DNA of 64,000 nucleotides from a virus, in the IMG/VR virus record IMGVR_UViG_3300042691_010023, positions 3,917 through 67,916 of that record; one strand, written 5' to 3'. How positions within the stretch are numbered: position 1 is the first letter of the stretch; every line of letters begins with the position of its first letter. The translations under genes were made by a program, and so were the position numbers. Positions 8,380 through 20,276 of this stretch are shown here, in pieces. The notes under the pieces are model-generated. The model searched no databases. It was not told where the DNA came from and saw nothing but the letters and a program-made list of their open reading frames with translations.

Positions 8380-10265
8380 TGGACTTAGTTAAAAAGGATG
8401 TAAAGTATTTAAATAAAGATTTTGCACAATTTAGGCAAAACTTAATCACATTTGCTAAACAATATTATCCTAACACTTACAACGATTTTAACGAGTCATC
8501 GCCCGGTATGATGTTTATAGAAATGGCTTCGTATGTCGGTGATGTTTTATCGTTTTATGCAGACCAAAGTTTTCGTGAATCGGTATTGTCTAATGCAACG
8601 GAAGAAAGCAATGTATTAATGCTGTCTCAATTGTTTGGATATAAACCAAAACTTAATACACCTGCTATTGTAGATTTAGACGTATATCAACTAGTACCTG
8701 CGTTAGGTAGTGGCGCCAATGCTCGACCAGATTTTCGATATTGCCTAAACATTAGACAAGGAATGCAAGTATCTACAGATTCTGCAACTACACCAATAAA
8801 ATTTAGAACAATTGCTGATGTAGATTTTACGTTTAGTAGTTCATTAAATCCTACGGATATATCCGTGTATGAAATTGATGGATCAGGTAATGTACAATAT
8901 TATCTGTTAAAAAAATCTGTACAGGCGGTATCGGGAGAAGTTAAAACTACTACTTTTGCATTCACTGATCCTAAGCCGTACGATAAAATTGTATTGCCAG
9001 AATCTAACATATTAGATATTATTAGTGTAACTGATGATGATGGCAACACATGGTATGAGGTTGATTACTTAGCACAAGATACAGTACTTGAAGATGTAGC
9101 TAACATACCGTACAACGATCAAGAACTTTTTATTTACAGAAGTTCAACTCCATACTTAATGAAATTACGTAGATCTGCACGTAGATTTGTAACACGTGTA
9201 CGTGAAGATAATCGTATAGAATTACAGTTTGGATCTGGCATTAGTTCTGATGCTGATGAAGAATTAATACCTAATCCTAAAAACGTTGGTTTAGGTTTAG
9301 AATATTTAGCTCGTACTACAAACTCAAATATAGATCCTAGTAATTTTTTATATACTAGTACTTATGGATTAGCTCCTAATAATGTTGTATTAACGGTGAC
9401 ATATAGTATTGGAGGATCCGTTAATGATAATGTGGCTTCAAATACACTTACTAAAATAGACAATGTTACATATAATTCAGCTACAGAATTGTATGGATTA
9501 GACTTAACAGATACTAAAGGTTCAGTAGCAGTAAACAATCCAAGTGCAGCCACAGGCGGTAAAAGTAAAGACTCACTAGACAGCATACGCCAAAATGCTA
9601 TGGCTAGCTTTGCTGCTCAAAATAGAGCTATAACACGTGAAGATTATATAACTAGATGCTATTCAATGCCAGGTAGATTTGGATCTGTAGCTAAAGCTTA
9701 TATCGTCAGTGATCTTCAATTAGATACAGCAGATCGTGAATATCCTAGAGATACAATTCCTAATCCGTTAGCATTAAATTTATACGTATTATCATATGAT
9801 GCTAATCGTAATTTTACAGAACTTAATCCAGCTACAAAAGAAAATCTTCGTACATACTTGTCTAATTATCGCATGTTAACAGATGCCATTAATATAAAAA
9901 CTGCGTACATAGTTAATATAGGAATGGAAGTAGATATTGTACCTGTACCTAGTTATAATGCCAATGAAGTTATTTTAACCTGTATCAATAAACTTAAACA
10001 AATGTTCGACCCAGATCGTTTACAAATTAACGGCCTGATTAATATTTCTAACATTACAAGTGAATTGGATAGATTGCCAGGTGTACAGTCTGTAGCTAAA
10101 TTTGAAATTAAAAATCTATTTGATAAAAATTTAGGATATTCTGGTAATGTATATGATATGGTAGGTGCCACTAAAAACGGCATTGTATATCCTAGTTTAG
10201 ATCCATGTATATTTGAAATAAAATATCCTAATGCAGACATTAAAGTACGAACAGTAAAACCTTAA
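8379..10265 (+). CDS. baseplate wedge protein (gp6/baseplate J-like)
   Basis: DFNESSPGMMFIEMASYVGDVLSFY, QFGSG, ATGG..DSLDSIR, QNRAITREDY. Confidence 0.9.
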   Translation: MDLVKKDVKYLNKDFAQFRQNLITFAKQYYPNTYNDFNESSPGMMFIEMASYVGDVLSFYADQSFRESVLSNATEESNVLMLSQLFGYKPKLNTPAIVDLDVYQLVPALGSGANARPDFRYCLNIRQGMQVSTDSATTPIKFRTIADVDFTFSSSLNPTDISVYEIDGSGNVQYYLLKKSVQAVSGEVKTTTFAFTDPKPYDKIVLPESNILDIISVTDDDGNTWYEVDYLAQDTVLEDVANIPYNDQELFIYRSSTPYLMKLRRSARRFVTRVREDNRIELQFGSGISSDADEELIPNPKNVGLGLEYLARTTNSNIDPSNFLYTSTYGLAPNNVVLTVTYSIGGSVNDNVASNTLTKIDNVTYNSATELYGLDLTDTKGSVAVNNPSAATGGKSKDSLDSIRQNAMASFAAQNRAITREDYITRCYSMPGRFGSVAKAYIVSDLQLDTADREYPRDTIPNPLALNLYVLSYDANRNFTELNPATKENLRTYLSNYRMLTDAINIKTAYIVNIGMEVDIVPVPSYNANEVILTCINKLKQMFDPDRLQINGLINISNITSELDRLPGVQSVAKFEIKNLFDKNLGYSGNVYDMVGATKNGIVYPSLDPCIFEIKYPNADIKVRTVKP

Positions 10266-10275
10266 AGAGTAACGT

Positions 10276-11421
10276 ATGTACCACTTATATTATCCAGAAC
10301 GAGATACTACAATATACGAACGATATCCGGAGAAAAACACGGGTATAGATCCTATTCTAGATTTGATTAAACATGCGTCAGGATCATTGTTTGAACGACA
10401 AATACAAGGCGCTAATTATAACTCTAGATTCTTATTAGATTTCGGATCTCAGATAACGGCAATTGCAAATGCTGTTGCTGCTGGAGATATTCCTCCTATT
10501 GGAATTAAGTCTCAAAATTCTGCATCAGTGTACTTAAACATACGTGCTGCACGAGCTACAGATCTACCTATAAATTATACTATTTATGCATTTCCTGTTT
10601 CTGAGTCATGGACAAATGGTAATGGTAGATTTGATAATGTACCTGCTATATCTAATGGGGCATCTTGGTATTATCGCGATAATAACAATCAAGCTACATT
10701 TTGGAAAACCGGCTCTGCTCATAGCAAAAATGATTTTTCTAATACAACTACGTTAGGTGGCGGCACATGGATTACCGGATCTGGATATGAGGCTAGTCAG
10801 TCATTTACATATGAAGAGCCTGATATTCGCATGGATGTCACTAACATTGTTAAACGTTGGGTTGACGGTACAATTCCTAATCACGGTTTTATAATTAAAA
10901 GATCTAAAGCAGATGAAAATTCATATGATGTATTAGGTACTGTAAATTTTTATGGATTAGATACTCATACAATTTATATTCCTAGACTAGAAGTAGCTTG
11001 GAATGATACGGTATTAACTGGTACCGGGTCTAAATCAGAAATATCTGATAGTATCTTTATACCTTATATAACAAACATACGTAACGAATATCGTGAATCA
11101 GAACGAGCTATATTTCGTATAGGGGCACGCCCAGAATTTCCTACAAAAACATATGCTACTAGTTCAAATTATTTGATAGATTATCGTTTACCAACATCTA
11201 GTTATTACAGTATACAAGATGCGGTCACAATGGAAACTATTATTCCATTTGATACAGATGCTACTCAAATATCATGCGACGATAAAGGTAGTTTCTTTAA
11301 ATTACGTTTAAATACATTTCAGCCTGAACGTTATTATAAAATAGTTTTAAAAGTTGAACGTGATGGTGGTAATGACGTACAAATGTTTAGTGAAGGTTTT
11401 TATTTTAAGGTAATTAGATAA
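10276..11421 (+). CDS. virion structural protein (DNRLRE-like beta domain)
   Basis: DVTNIVKRWVDGTIPNHGFIIK...PRLEVAW pattern; baseplate context. Confidence 0.6.
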   Translation: MYHLYYPERDTTIYERYPEKNTGIDPILDLIKHASGSLFERQIQGANYNSRFLLDFGSQITAIANAVAAGDIPPIGIKSQNSASVYLNIRAARATDLPINYTIYAFPVSESWTNGNGRFDNVPAISNGASWYYRDNNNQATFWKTGSAHSKNDFSNTTTLGGGTWITGSGYEASQSFTYEEPDIRMDVTNIVKRWVDGTIPNHGFIIKRSKADENSYDVLGTVNFYGLDTHTIYIPRLEVAWNDTVLTGTGSKSEISDSIFIPYITNIRNEYRESERAIFRIGARPEFPTKTYATSSNYLIDYRLPTSSYYSIQDAVTMETIIPFDTDATQISCDDKGSFFKLRLNTFQPERYYKIVLKVERDGGNDVQMFSEGFYFKVIR

Positions 11422-13886
11422 TGGCTAATAGATTTGCAGATAGAGATAATCCCAAGGAAACGGGCCGGTTAGACTTAAGTACTACACTGCTAGATATAAT
11501 GCGAAAAGAGTTTCCGAATGATCCGTTATATAGTCAAGGATATTTAACGCCGGTACAGACTACTAAGCTTAGTAGTTTTGTAAAACCATTTAATCAAAAT
11601 GAATTGACACTATCTACTAGAAATAGTTTAAATGTGTTGCAGTTATCATCTGGCTCTAAAACGTATGCTGAATACATACTAGATAAATCTTATCCGACGA
11701 TAAACGACATAGATTTAGATGATTTAATAGATGAGGAATGGGACTTTTATATTAAAACGGAGCAAGAAGCTCCGCCTCGACCAGTGCCTCCAACTGGATT
11801 ATTTCTTATTAATACAGAAATAGAACTAAACCCTGTAGATTGGCATGATGCTTATCTACAATATGGCCCGGGTACAATAACTTCACGTTTATCTGAAGAA
11901 GGGGCAGATGAAACTACCGTTATACGTAATACATTTTGTGTGTTTTACATTGAAAATGGAGTAGCTTTACCGATACCTAATTATCAAACATTAGAAGTAA
12001 TGTTAGTAGAACGCGGTAAGACGTATAACGATATACAAGAAGCTGCCCCAGAACAAATACAGCAATTTGATATGACACTGGATGGTACATTTGAAGGTGA
12101 TCGTACTGAAGGGGCGCCGAATCCTTTAGAAGAATTTGAATTTCGTAAAACGTTAGATCGTAGCATTGACTGGAACTATCAAGTACGTTTTGAAAGTGGA
12201 TATCGTCCAAAAGCTCCATTTTATCGAGATCCAGGAGATTATTTAAAACCAGCTGGTTATACTGGCAGTGGCGCAACTGATTTGTATTTATCTGAAGATC
12301 CGCGAGATTTATACTTCGACCAAGCATTTCAAAAACAGACTTATCGAGAAAAAATGCGAGAACGTTACGAAGGTAAGATGATCATTTTAAATTGGCCAAT
12401 ACCATACGACAACAGAGACGGGGTAGGTGCTGGCACAGCAATTCTATCAGATGATGCAGTACTCGGACTGCGTATGATGATTAACGGTTATTGGAAGCAA
12501 GTTATTGAATCAGATGTGATGCGTACGTATGCATCTATAAATAATTTTAGTTTAAATGAATATAGACCACTTCGAAGTGGCAGCACATTTACCCCTCCGG
12601 CTGCACCGTTTGATAGCGCCCCAGATGGTCGATATGGCCCCCGCGGATATATAAATCTATTAATAGAGGCTGGGGGTATTGAAGCATTACAGGATGATGG
12701 TATAGACAGTCCCGTATGGAATGATTTTTCTCATATTGTAGAAGCAGATCGTTTAGATATAACAGAATATCGTCAATATTTAGACAATTATAGTAACGGC
12801 GGAGATCCGTTTGAAATTGCATATTTAAAGCCATATGAACCAATTGGTAGTATTGCTTATTATTCACAAGATCGTTTAGATGCTTTACAACAACAAGCTT
12901 TAGCTCAACAACAAATAGACTCTATTAAAAAACATATACAAGAATATTGGCCTAAATTAGCAGCACGTACAATGGCATTAAAATCTACTTTATCGAGTCA
13001 ACCTGCTAGTTATACAGAATTATATATACAGAAGTTAGGGTCAAATTCTCCAGTATATAAAATTATGACGGCTGAAAAAGCGTATCGATATGTAAAGAAA
13101 AAGAGAAAAGATTTAAAAACTAAAGACGAACGAACTAATTTACTAGAATTATTCGAACGCAACGAACGAATTTCTGCGGGGGCATTTAATAGACCATCAG
13201 ATGCAGATAATATTGTCGGTAAATCTAATTGGGGCGTAGTGTATTCTACGGAGACTGGTCCAAGTAATGGTATAGTACTAGCATCATCGCTTTTATTCGG
13301 GGTCGCTGGTTTTGCGGCTGTAGTAATAGCAGATGCTATATCTGAGATGGGTAATGTAGGGTCATATCAATTACCACGTAATAAAGCTGGTATACGTAAA
13401 CGTGCGTTACTTAATAATGCTACTTATATACGTGGTATGATAACAGCACAATTAATTAGACGTGACAATGAACTTAATTTGTCCATACGAGTTGCAGATG
13501 CTGATGCTAAAATACAAGCGTTGCGTATTGCTATAGGTACGGCAGTAGACTTTTTGTTAGAAATTGATAGTTTATTGATAGCTGGAGATTCGTTAGAGGA
13601 CTTCCAAGATATTTATAATAGAATGATGGCCCTGTATGCTGATTTAAATAGTATTAATGAAGACGACTTAACTGCTTGTAATAAAATACGTATCGATATT
13701 GATAATGTATTTAAAAATCAATTAGAGCGTTTATACAATGCTGTACAATATTTTAGACAACGTGTACATGACGAAATTGGCAACAGAAGTAAATTCGGAG
13801 TAGTTTGGTCTGCTAGTGCTCAAAATATTATAAATCAATATTTACCAGGTAAGACATTTGATAATTATTTACCAGAAACGGAATAA
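11421..13886 (+). CDS. large hypothetical (baseplate region) protein
   Basis: 821-aa ORF translationally coupled to the previous gene; hydrophobic segment near residues 620-640; C-terminal helical region. Confidence 0.7.
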   Translation: MANRFADRDNPKETGRLDLSTTLLDIMRKEFPNDPLYSQGYLTPVQTTKLSSFVKPFNQNELTLSTRNSLNVLQLSSGSKTYAEYILDKSYPTINDIDLDDLIDEEWDFYIKTEQEAPPRPVPPTGLFLINTEIELNPVDWHDAYLQYGPGTITSRLSEEGADETTVIRNTFCVFYIENGVALPIPNYQTLEVMLVERGKTYNDIQEAAPEQIQQFDMTLDGTFEGDRTEGAPNPLEEFEFRKTLDRSIDWNYQVRFESGYRPKAPFYRDPGDYLKPAGYTGSGATDLYLSEDPRDLYFDQAFQKQTYREKMRERYEGKMIILNWPIPYDNRDGVGAGTAILSDDAVLGLRMMINGYWKQVIESDVMRTYASINNFSLNEYRPLRSGSTFTPPAAPFDSAPDGRYGPRGYINLLIEAGGIEALQDDGIDSPVWNDFSHIVEADRLDITEYRQYLDNYSNGGDPFEIAYLKPYEPIGSIAYYSQDRLDALQQQALAQQQIDSIKKHIQEYWPKLAARTMALKSTLSSQPASYTELYIQKLGSNSPVYKIMTAEKAYRYVKKKRKDLKTKDERTNLLELFERNERISAGAFNRPSDADNIVGKSNWGVVYSTETGPSNGIVLASSLLFGVAGFAAVVIADAISEMGNVGSYQLPRNKAGIRKRALLNNATYIRGMITAQLIRRDNELNLSIRVADADAKIQALRIAIGTAVDFLLEIDSLLIAGDSLEDFQDIYNRMMALYADLNSINEDDLTACNKIRIDIDNVFKNQLERLYNAVQYFRQRVHDEIGNRSKFGVVWSASAQNIINQYLPGKTFDNYLPETE

Positions 13887-13895
13887 AAATAAAAC

Positions 13896-16800
13896 ATGTC
13901 ATTAGAACGATTTACAAACAAAGACGATATTCTTTCGATTGATGGGGTTACACGTGGTATAGTCTGGAAAAAGGAAGATATTGAATTACTTAGTTTAGAT
14001 ACTAAAGGTATTACTCCCGAAGGATCTATAGAAGTTGAAGTACACGTCTATTCTAAGACTGGCGGTTATATCAATAGTGTATTACCTAGTGATTTTACTA
14101 TCCGGGAAAATAAATTATATGTTAATTATATAGACACTTTAAATACGTTAGGTATTCGACGTGGAGAATTTGAAGTTGTTACTAACATACATCAGCCAGT
14201 ACTGGGTAACTTTAATGATCGACTTCTTCAATTAAAAGAAATTTCTCCGGACCGACGAGAAGTTTTAGTATCGTTAATACCTGTCGTTTCTGAAAAAATT
14301 CCTGACTATGAAACATTAATTCAAGATTACTTAAATGAATATACACGTGTTTATGATCAAGATTTAGCTATAAATTTTGGTAAAAACAATGTTTTCAAAG
14401 TAATTAATCATAAGGGCTGGGATACAAACAATGAATTAGTTATTCGTCTGTATAATCCTTTGCCGGATGATATTGTATTAAATAGCACGTTTTGGATTGT
14501 AGAAGAATTAGCAGATTCGTACATTGATAACGTTAATTTAACAATACCATTACCAGCCGATGAAGTAAATCATATTAAAGGCCCTAATTTTGATATCGAT
14601 GAGGGCGCGGCGGTTATAACAGAAACTGAATTTAAAAGTTGGAACGATTTGTTAGATGCTAATCTATCAACATCTCAACAAGTTTTAGATCGTATGTTTT
14701 CTGGATCGTTATCTGGCGTGCCTTTGGGTATTGATTATTCTGCATTTGACAATTTTATATTTTATAGTTCTGCATATGAACGTTTAGCTAATTTTAAATA
14801 TAAGCTTGAATTATTAGAATTTTATAACAATCGTATTTCAGTATTAGATAATGCATTAGGTTCTGATAGTGGATCGCTAACAAATAATATTATAAATACA
14901 CAAAAACGTATTGATAACATTATTGGATCTTTTGACGGATTTGAACGTTGGTTATATTATGAACCTACCGGTAGTTTAACTACACACGGTGTGTCCGGCA
15001 GCTATTTAGGATCAGATGGATATACAGTAACAACATGGCCTAAATATTTAAGTAATAGCAGTTATATAGTACATACTCCTTCATCTACAATAGCTAGAAA
15101 TTGGTTTGCGACAGCATCAGCAAATGCGATATTTTATGATGAACTTAACGTTAATGCACTAGCAAAAACAATTCCTGAACATATACGTGTCGACCCTAAT
15201 AACAGTGAGTATGAATTGTTTGTTAATATGATCGGTCATCATTTCGATATACTCTATTCTTACATTGATGCGTTATCACGTAATTATCGTAACGAAGAAC
15301 ATCCTAAATTAGGCGTTGGTAGAGATACTTTATACGATATTGCTAAATCGATGGGCTGGACATTGACTAATGGTAATCAAGCTACTGCATTATGGAAATA
15401 TAAATTAGGGGTAGATACCGATGGTAAATATCAAAGTACCGGCAGTTTATTTAGTAAATCTAATGAAGAAATTACTACTGAAGTATGGCGTCGTATTGTT
15501 AATAACTTACCGTATTTATTAAAGACAAAAGGTACTGCCCGTAGCATTAAAGCATTAATGGCATGTTACGGTATTCCGCAAACATTATTAAGTATACGTG
15601 AATATGGCGGACCATTAGTATCAGGGGATGCTCCCAATATTATTGAGAATCGTTATGCGTACATGTTAGCCGTAAATAACGATAGTAATCCAGCTATTGA
15701 AAATGGGGTTACATCAGTAACATATACTCCGCCAGCTGGCGCGATTACACGAGAATTGCGATTTAGAACTATTTCTGGATCTAATATGCAACTTTTTAGC
15801 GGAGGCGGAAGTACAATAGATTTAGAATATTTTTCATCTGGATTATTTTCGGGCAGTAATGAATATGGACGCGTTAAATTAAATACTTCTATTGTAACTC
15901 CATGGGCACCTATATTTGACGGAGATATATGGAACGTACGTTGGTGGTCTACTGGCGGTACCGGTAGAGTTCAAGTACAACGAGCCAGTGATCATTTTGT
16001 AGGACGTGTATCGCATCAAGTATCGGCATCAGGTGTAGCTTCAGCATTTACTACAGCTGGTGCTACTATTGCTGGCGGATTTACTGGATATATACAAGAG
16101 TTTCGTGAATGGACAGAAGTTTTATCTCAAGCTACATTTAATGACCATACACTTAATCCTACTAGTTATGCATCATCTGCAAATGTAACTGGTAGTTATA
16201 CGACATTACAAGTACATTATACTTTAGGTAGTGATGGTAATGCATATGATCATAATGCAGCTACTACAATTTCTTCAAGTCATCCAAATAGATCTTATAC
16301 AGGTCGTAATGGTACTGCAGTAGGTGCTGTTGCGCCGCCGGATCCGCAAATTGGTAACTATTTAGGTACGGAAGAAGTTTATTATATACAAGGTATATCA
16401 TTAGGTGGTAATTTACCAAGATCACAAAAGATACGTTTAGAGGATAATTTCTTAATTAGAAAATTATCGCCTGTAAATACAGGTGAACGATCTAGTTATG
16501 ACTATGCTCCTATTGATAATAATAAATTAGGATTGTTTTATAGTCATGCCGATCAAATAAATAAAGATATTTTTGATCAATTCGGTGATGGTGAATTAGA
16601 TGAATTTATGGGCGATCCCCAAGATGAGTTTGAGACTGAATATAAAACCTTACGTCATATATCAGATAAATACTGGCAGAAATATATAAATCGTAACGAC
16701 GTTAATGCATATATACGTATTTTTAGTCAATTTGATTTTAGTTTATTTAGTCAAATAAAACAATTGATACCGTTACGTGCTAATTTAGCAGCTGGTGTAT

Positions 16801-18311
16801 TAGTAGAACCTCATGCATTAGAACGTGCAAAAGTACAAATAACAAAACGTCCGCAAGTAGAAAATCCACAATACGATACAGAAATACCACAGCCTGAAAA
16901 TTTATTAAATGCCGAATATAGCCAATACACTGCTAGTATTCCGATGATAGAAAATATATTACAAATAGAAAGTAATTATCATAGTGGTAGTAGTGGATAT
17001 TCAGAAGATGGTAATACATGGTTTGCTAATTTTGATCTTACTACACTTATATCTGCACAAAACCTTTATAGTAGTGGTACTTTAGATGATATTGATGTAG
17101 GATCAATTGATATAGCTGGAGTTATAAATGTAGAAAATGTTTATCATAGTGGTAGTAATAATGGATATGACGAAACTGGTAATACTTGGTTTGGCGATAT
17201 TAATCTTATAACTAATATTTTATCAGCACAAAGTATTTATCATACCGGTAGTAATAATGGTTATTCGGAGGCTGGAAACGCATGGTTTGCTAATCTAGGA
17301 GGTACGCCTAACACCGGCGCAATGGATTATTGTACTATTAATGTTAATGACATAGGAGAATTGCCGATATATACAGCTAGTTATAGTCAAGTTTTTTCAA
17401 AAGACACTGGTACGGATATCACTAATACTGATTGGTCAATAGCTAAAATTAAAGGTACTAGTACATTATTAATTAATGATTATGATGCTATTCGTTACAT
17501 AACTGGCAGCGACTCACTTTGGATACAACATGCTAAATCTACCGGTACCCAAACAACTAATGAATTATATTGCGTGGTTAACGTGTCACGTGAATATCCG
17601 ATTGAATGTGACATTACATTACGCATAACAGAACAATATGATAATAATATTCCTAGTTCTACTACACGTACTGTACGATTAGTTTCTATTGATAATGAAA
17701 ATAATATTAATGTAGAATTAGCACGTAGCACTCAATCAGTTACTTTATTTAACGGTACAGATACAAATACTACGTTAGTATTTAATGATATACATATTCC
17801 TTCATATAATCGTTTTGTTATATTGATTACATATACAGTTTCTGGACTTGGTAGTACTACAATTGAATTACGAAGATTAGTACCGATCATACGAATTAAA
17901 AAAGTATGCCATTCACATACATTACCTATTATCGATAGTTTTAGGCCTAGTAATATATATCAACGCATTGTTTATTATTACTCTGGTAGTAATGTTGGGG
18001 AGTCATTGCCGCGGCGTAATGCACTACATGCTGCTAGTCAAAGCTTAGGGTTATATTATAAACGTGAATACGTTACAGCCGCGTATTTTGACGACGTACT
18101 AACACAATATGAAAATTCTACATATACAGGGACTCGTATATCAGCACCGGGTATTAATTTACCTATTACTACAGAAAATGCTACTGCTATAGCTGGCACA
18201 CCTGTAATCGAGGTATATGAAACAAATGCCAATCAATTAATTTTTACTAGAGATCCATCATCCCGTGGAGGTACTGGTAATACTGAACCTGGCAACTTAT
18301 TAGTTAGATAA
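13896..18311 (+). CDS. large baseplate/tail protein (gp7-like) with internal repeats
   Basis: LPYLLKTKGTARSIKALMACYG tail-protein-I-like motif, LamG-like beta region, three ~30-aa repeats at ~16950-17300. Confidence 0.7.
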   Translation: MSLERFTNKDDILSIDGVTRGIVWKKEDIELLSLDTKGITPEGSIEVEVHVYSKTGGYINSVLPSDFTIRENKLYVNYIDTLNTLGIRRGEFEVVTNIHQPVLGNFNDRLLQLKEISPDRREVLVSLIPVVSEKIPDYETLIQDYLNEYTRVYDQDLAINFGKNNVFKVINHKGWDTNNELVIRLYNPLPDDIVLNSTFWIVEELADSYIDNVNLTIPLPADEVNHIKGPNFDIDEGAAVITETEFKSWNDLLDANLSTSQQVLDRMFSGSLSGVPLGIDYSAFDNFIFYSSAYERLANFKYKLELLEFYNNRISVLDNALGSDSGSLTNNIINTQKRIDNIIGSFDGFERWLYYEPTGSLTTHGVSGSYLGSDGYTVTTWPKYLSNSSYIVHTPSSTIARNWFATASANAIFYDELNVNALAKTIPEHIRVDPNNSEYELFVNMIGHHFDILYSYIDALSRNYRNEEHPKLGVGRDTLYDIAKSMGWTLTNGNQATALWKYKLGVDTDGKYQSTGSLFSKSNEEITTEVWRRIVNNLPYLLKTKGTARSIKALMACYGIPQTLLSIREYGGPLVSGDAPNIIENRYAYMLAVNNDSNPAIENGVTSVTYTPPAGAITRELRFRTISGSNMQLFSGGGSTIDLEYFSSGLFSGSNEYGRVKLNTSIVTPWAPIFDGDIWNVRWWSTGGTGRVQVQRASDHFVGRVSHQVSASGVASAFTTAGATIAGGFTGYIQEFREWTEVLSQATFNDHTLNPTSYASSANVTGSYTTLQVHYTLGSDGNAYDHNAATTISSSHPNRSYTGRNGTAVGAVAPPDPQIGNYLGTEEVYYIQGISLGGNLPRSQKIRLEDNFLIRKLSPVNTGERSSYDYAPIDNNKLGLFYSHADQINKDIFDQFGDGELDEFMGDPQDEFETEYKTLRHISDKYWQKYINRNDVNAYIRIFSQFDFSLFSQIKQLIPLRANLAAGVLVEPHALERAKVQITKRPQVENPQYDTEIPQPENLLNAEYSQYTASIPMIENILQIESNYHSGSSGYSEDGNTWFANFDLTTLISAQNLYSSGTLDDIDVGSIDIAGVINVENVYHSGSNNGYDETGNTWFGDINLITNILSAQSIYHTGSNNGYSEAGNAWFANLGGTPNTGAMDYCTINVNDIGELPIYTASYSQVFSKDTGTDITNTDWSIAKIKGTSTLLINDYDAIRYITGSDSLWIQHAKSTGTQTTNELYCVVNVSREYPIECDITLRITEQYDNNIPSSTTRTVRLVSIDNENNINVELARSTQSVTLFNGTDTNTTLVFNDIHIPSYNRFVILITYTVSGLGSTTIELRRLVPIIRIKKVCHSHTLPIIDSFRPSNIYQRIVYYYSGSNVGESLPRRNALHAASQSLGLYYKREYVTAAYFDDVLTQYENSTYTGTRISAPGINLPITTENATAIAGTPVIEVYETNANQLIFTRDPSSRGGTGNTEPGNLLVR

Positions 18312-18351
18312 TTTGAATTAGGTATATATTTATTTAAAATAAGGATATAAC

Positions 18352-19020
18352 ATGGGTTATTTAAATAATAGTACAATTACTGTAGATGCAATTCTCACTA
18401 AAAAGGGCCGTGAATTATTAGCCCGCGGTCGTGACGAATTTAAAATCACTCAATTCGCTTTGTCCGATGATGAAGTAGATTATGATTTATACAACACTGA
18501 ACATCCGTTAGGTACTGCGTATTACGGTGCGGCTATAGAAAATATGCCGGTCATCGAAGCTTTACCCGACGAAAGTCAAATGATGAAGTATAAATTAGTT
18601 ACATTACCAAAAGGCACGTCACGTTTACCAGTAGTAAGTGTTGCGCAAACAGCAATAACTTTAGAAGCTGGACAATCTACAATAGTTGCTCCATCAACCG
18701 TAAATTTCCAAGGTGGCAATCGTCAATTTGGATATACCGCGATAATAGCAGATTCTGATGTAGCCACTATTAGAGTTACTAGAGCGGCTCCAGGACCTCG
18801 AGGAGCTACTCAGGCTCAATTTATTGGCGATTCAGAAGCAGCGCAAAGTATTACTGTTACCGGTACTGAGTTTGAAATTACAGCAGTACCGCAATACATG
18901 GTTGACGCTGTCACTACATTATTGATTATTGGTAATGAAACAGGCGGTAGAGCTTTAGTTACTATAAGATCTAAACGTGTAGAAGTTGCAACTGCAGCCG
19001 TAGCAGAAACAGTAAGATAA
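18352..19020 (+). CDS. baseplate/tail-collar structural protein
   Basis: ILTKKGRELLARG...FKITQFALSD resembles tail-collar/fibre N-terminal fold; late motif and SD. Confidence 0.6.
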   Translation: MGYLNNSTITVDAILTKKGRELLARGRDEFKITQFALSDDEVDYDLYNTEHPLGTAYYGAAIENMPVIEALPDESQMMKYKLVTLPKGTSRLPVVSVAQTAITLEAGQSTIVAPSTVNFQGGNRQFGYTAIIADSDVATIRVTRAAPGPRGATQAQFIGDSEAAQSITVTGTEFEITAVPQYMVDAVTTLLIIGNETGGRALVTIRSKRVEVATAAVAETVR

Positions 19021-19040
19021 TTTAAAAGGAATTATAAAAA

Positions 19041-20270
19041 ATGGGAATGGGATCTAGAAGCGCAGCTGCATCAAGCCAATTTAATGGTAGGGGCCTAGCT
19101 GTAGAAAATCGTACGAATGGCGCGCCCCAAGTGTCACGTGCTAACGCTGCTATAACTAATCAAGTTGAATCGTTAGCTCGTCAGTTAGCAGATCAAATTA
19201 TACGTGAACGTGATGAAGCGGCTAGCCGTTCACGTTTAGGTAGAGTTTTTACAATGTTTGATACTGTAGATGATATACTACCTAACAATGTAGAAATATT
19301 GACAAGAGGACTATTTAGTAGTAATACTGGTAGTCTAAGTACAATGTTTACATCGTCGACAGCTACTGCTATCCAAAAATCATATTTTATTGAGGTATTC
19401 AATAAGAATCCTAGTACTGCTATAGATGCTGAAGTTCAATTTTCTATAGCATATGGACATTATCAAGGATCTGGTTCGAGAGATTTAACCGGTGCGTTGA
19501 ATGACGATACACCGACACGTGCTATTTATAAACAATATGCTCAAGTTTTATTACCGCCAAATGATTTTAAATTTACATTTAACGGTACAGATTCAGATAG
19601 TATCTATATACTAAATTTTAATCGTGCACGTTTCCGTGAAAAATTAGATCCGGGAAATTTAGAAATCAATTTAAGAGGTGGTTCTTATGTGTTACGATTA
19701 GTTGATGATTCTTCAACGGCAGGAGCTTCAATAGGTGAAGCTGGCTTGATTTATAATATAGTATCTGGTAGTATTGATGATGGTACTAGTATATATTCAC
19801 CTACAACATATTACGGATTAATGTATCCGCAACATGGTATTGTTATATTGAACGGAGATGCGTTGGATGCAGCAGCGCCGGCTGGGGTAGCTTTAAGTAC
19901 AGATGATGGCGATGGTGTAGATCCTGTAAATCCTATGAAATTGTTTACTTCAATCAGCGGATCTATTGCATTAGCTGGCGTTGGTCAAACTTTTGGAGTA
20001 CAAGCACGTTCTAGTGAACAAGTAAAATCTACATATTATTTTGTACGTGTTAAAAACGGCGAATATAATTATTCAAATAATCCGACATTTGCAACCGGTT
20101 CTTTAGGAGCTTTAAGATATCCAACTTTTTATCGCGATCCGCAAACTTATATTACAACTGTAGGATTATATAATGATCGTCGTGAATTATTAGCATTAGC
20201 AAAATTAAGTCGTCCGTTATTAAAATCGTTTACTCGTGAAGCATTAATTAAAGTTAAATTAGACTTCTAA
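19041..20270 (+). CDS. virion structural protein
   Basis: C-terminal YITTVGLYND..ELLALAKL motif shared with the next gene. Confidence 0.65.
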   Translation: MGMGSRSAAASSQFNGRGLAVENRTNGAPQVSRANAAITNQVESLARQLADQIIRERDEAASRSRLGRVFTMFDTVDDILPNNVEILTRGLFSSNTGSLSTMFTSSTATAIQKSYFIEVFNKNPSTAIDAEVQFSIAYGHYQGSGSRDLTGALNDDTPTRAIYKQYAQVLLPPNDFKFTFNGTDSDSIYILNFNRARFREKLDPGNLEINLRGGSYVLRLVDDSSTAGASIGEAGLIYNIVSGSIDDGTSIYSPTTYYGLMYPQHGIVILNGDALDAAAPAGVALSTDDGDGVDPVNPMKLFTSISGSIALAGVGQTFGVQARSSEQVKSTYYFVRVKNGEYNYSNNPTFATGSLGALRYPTFYRDPQTYITTVGLYNDRRELLALAKLSRPLLKSFTREALIKVKLDF

Positions 20271-20276
20271 AAACAT

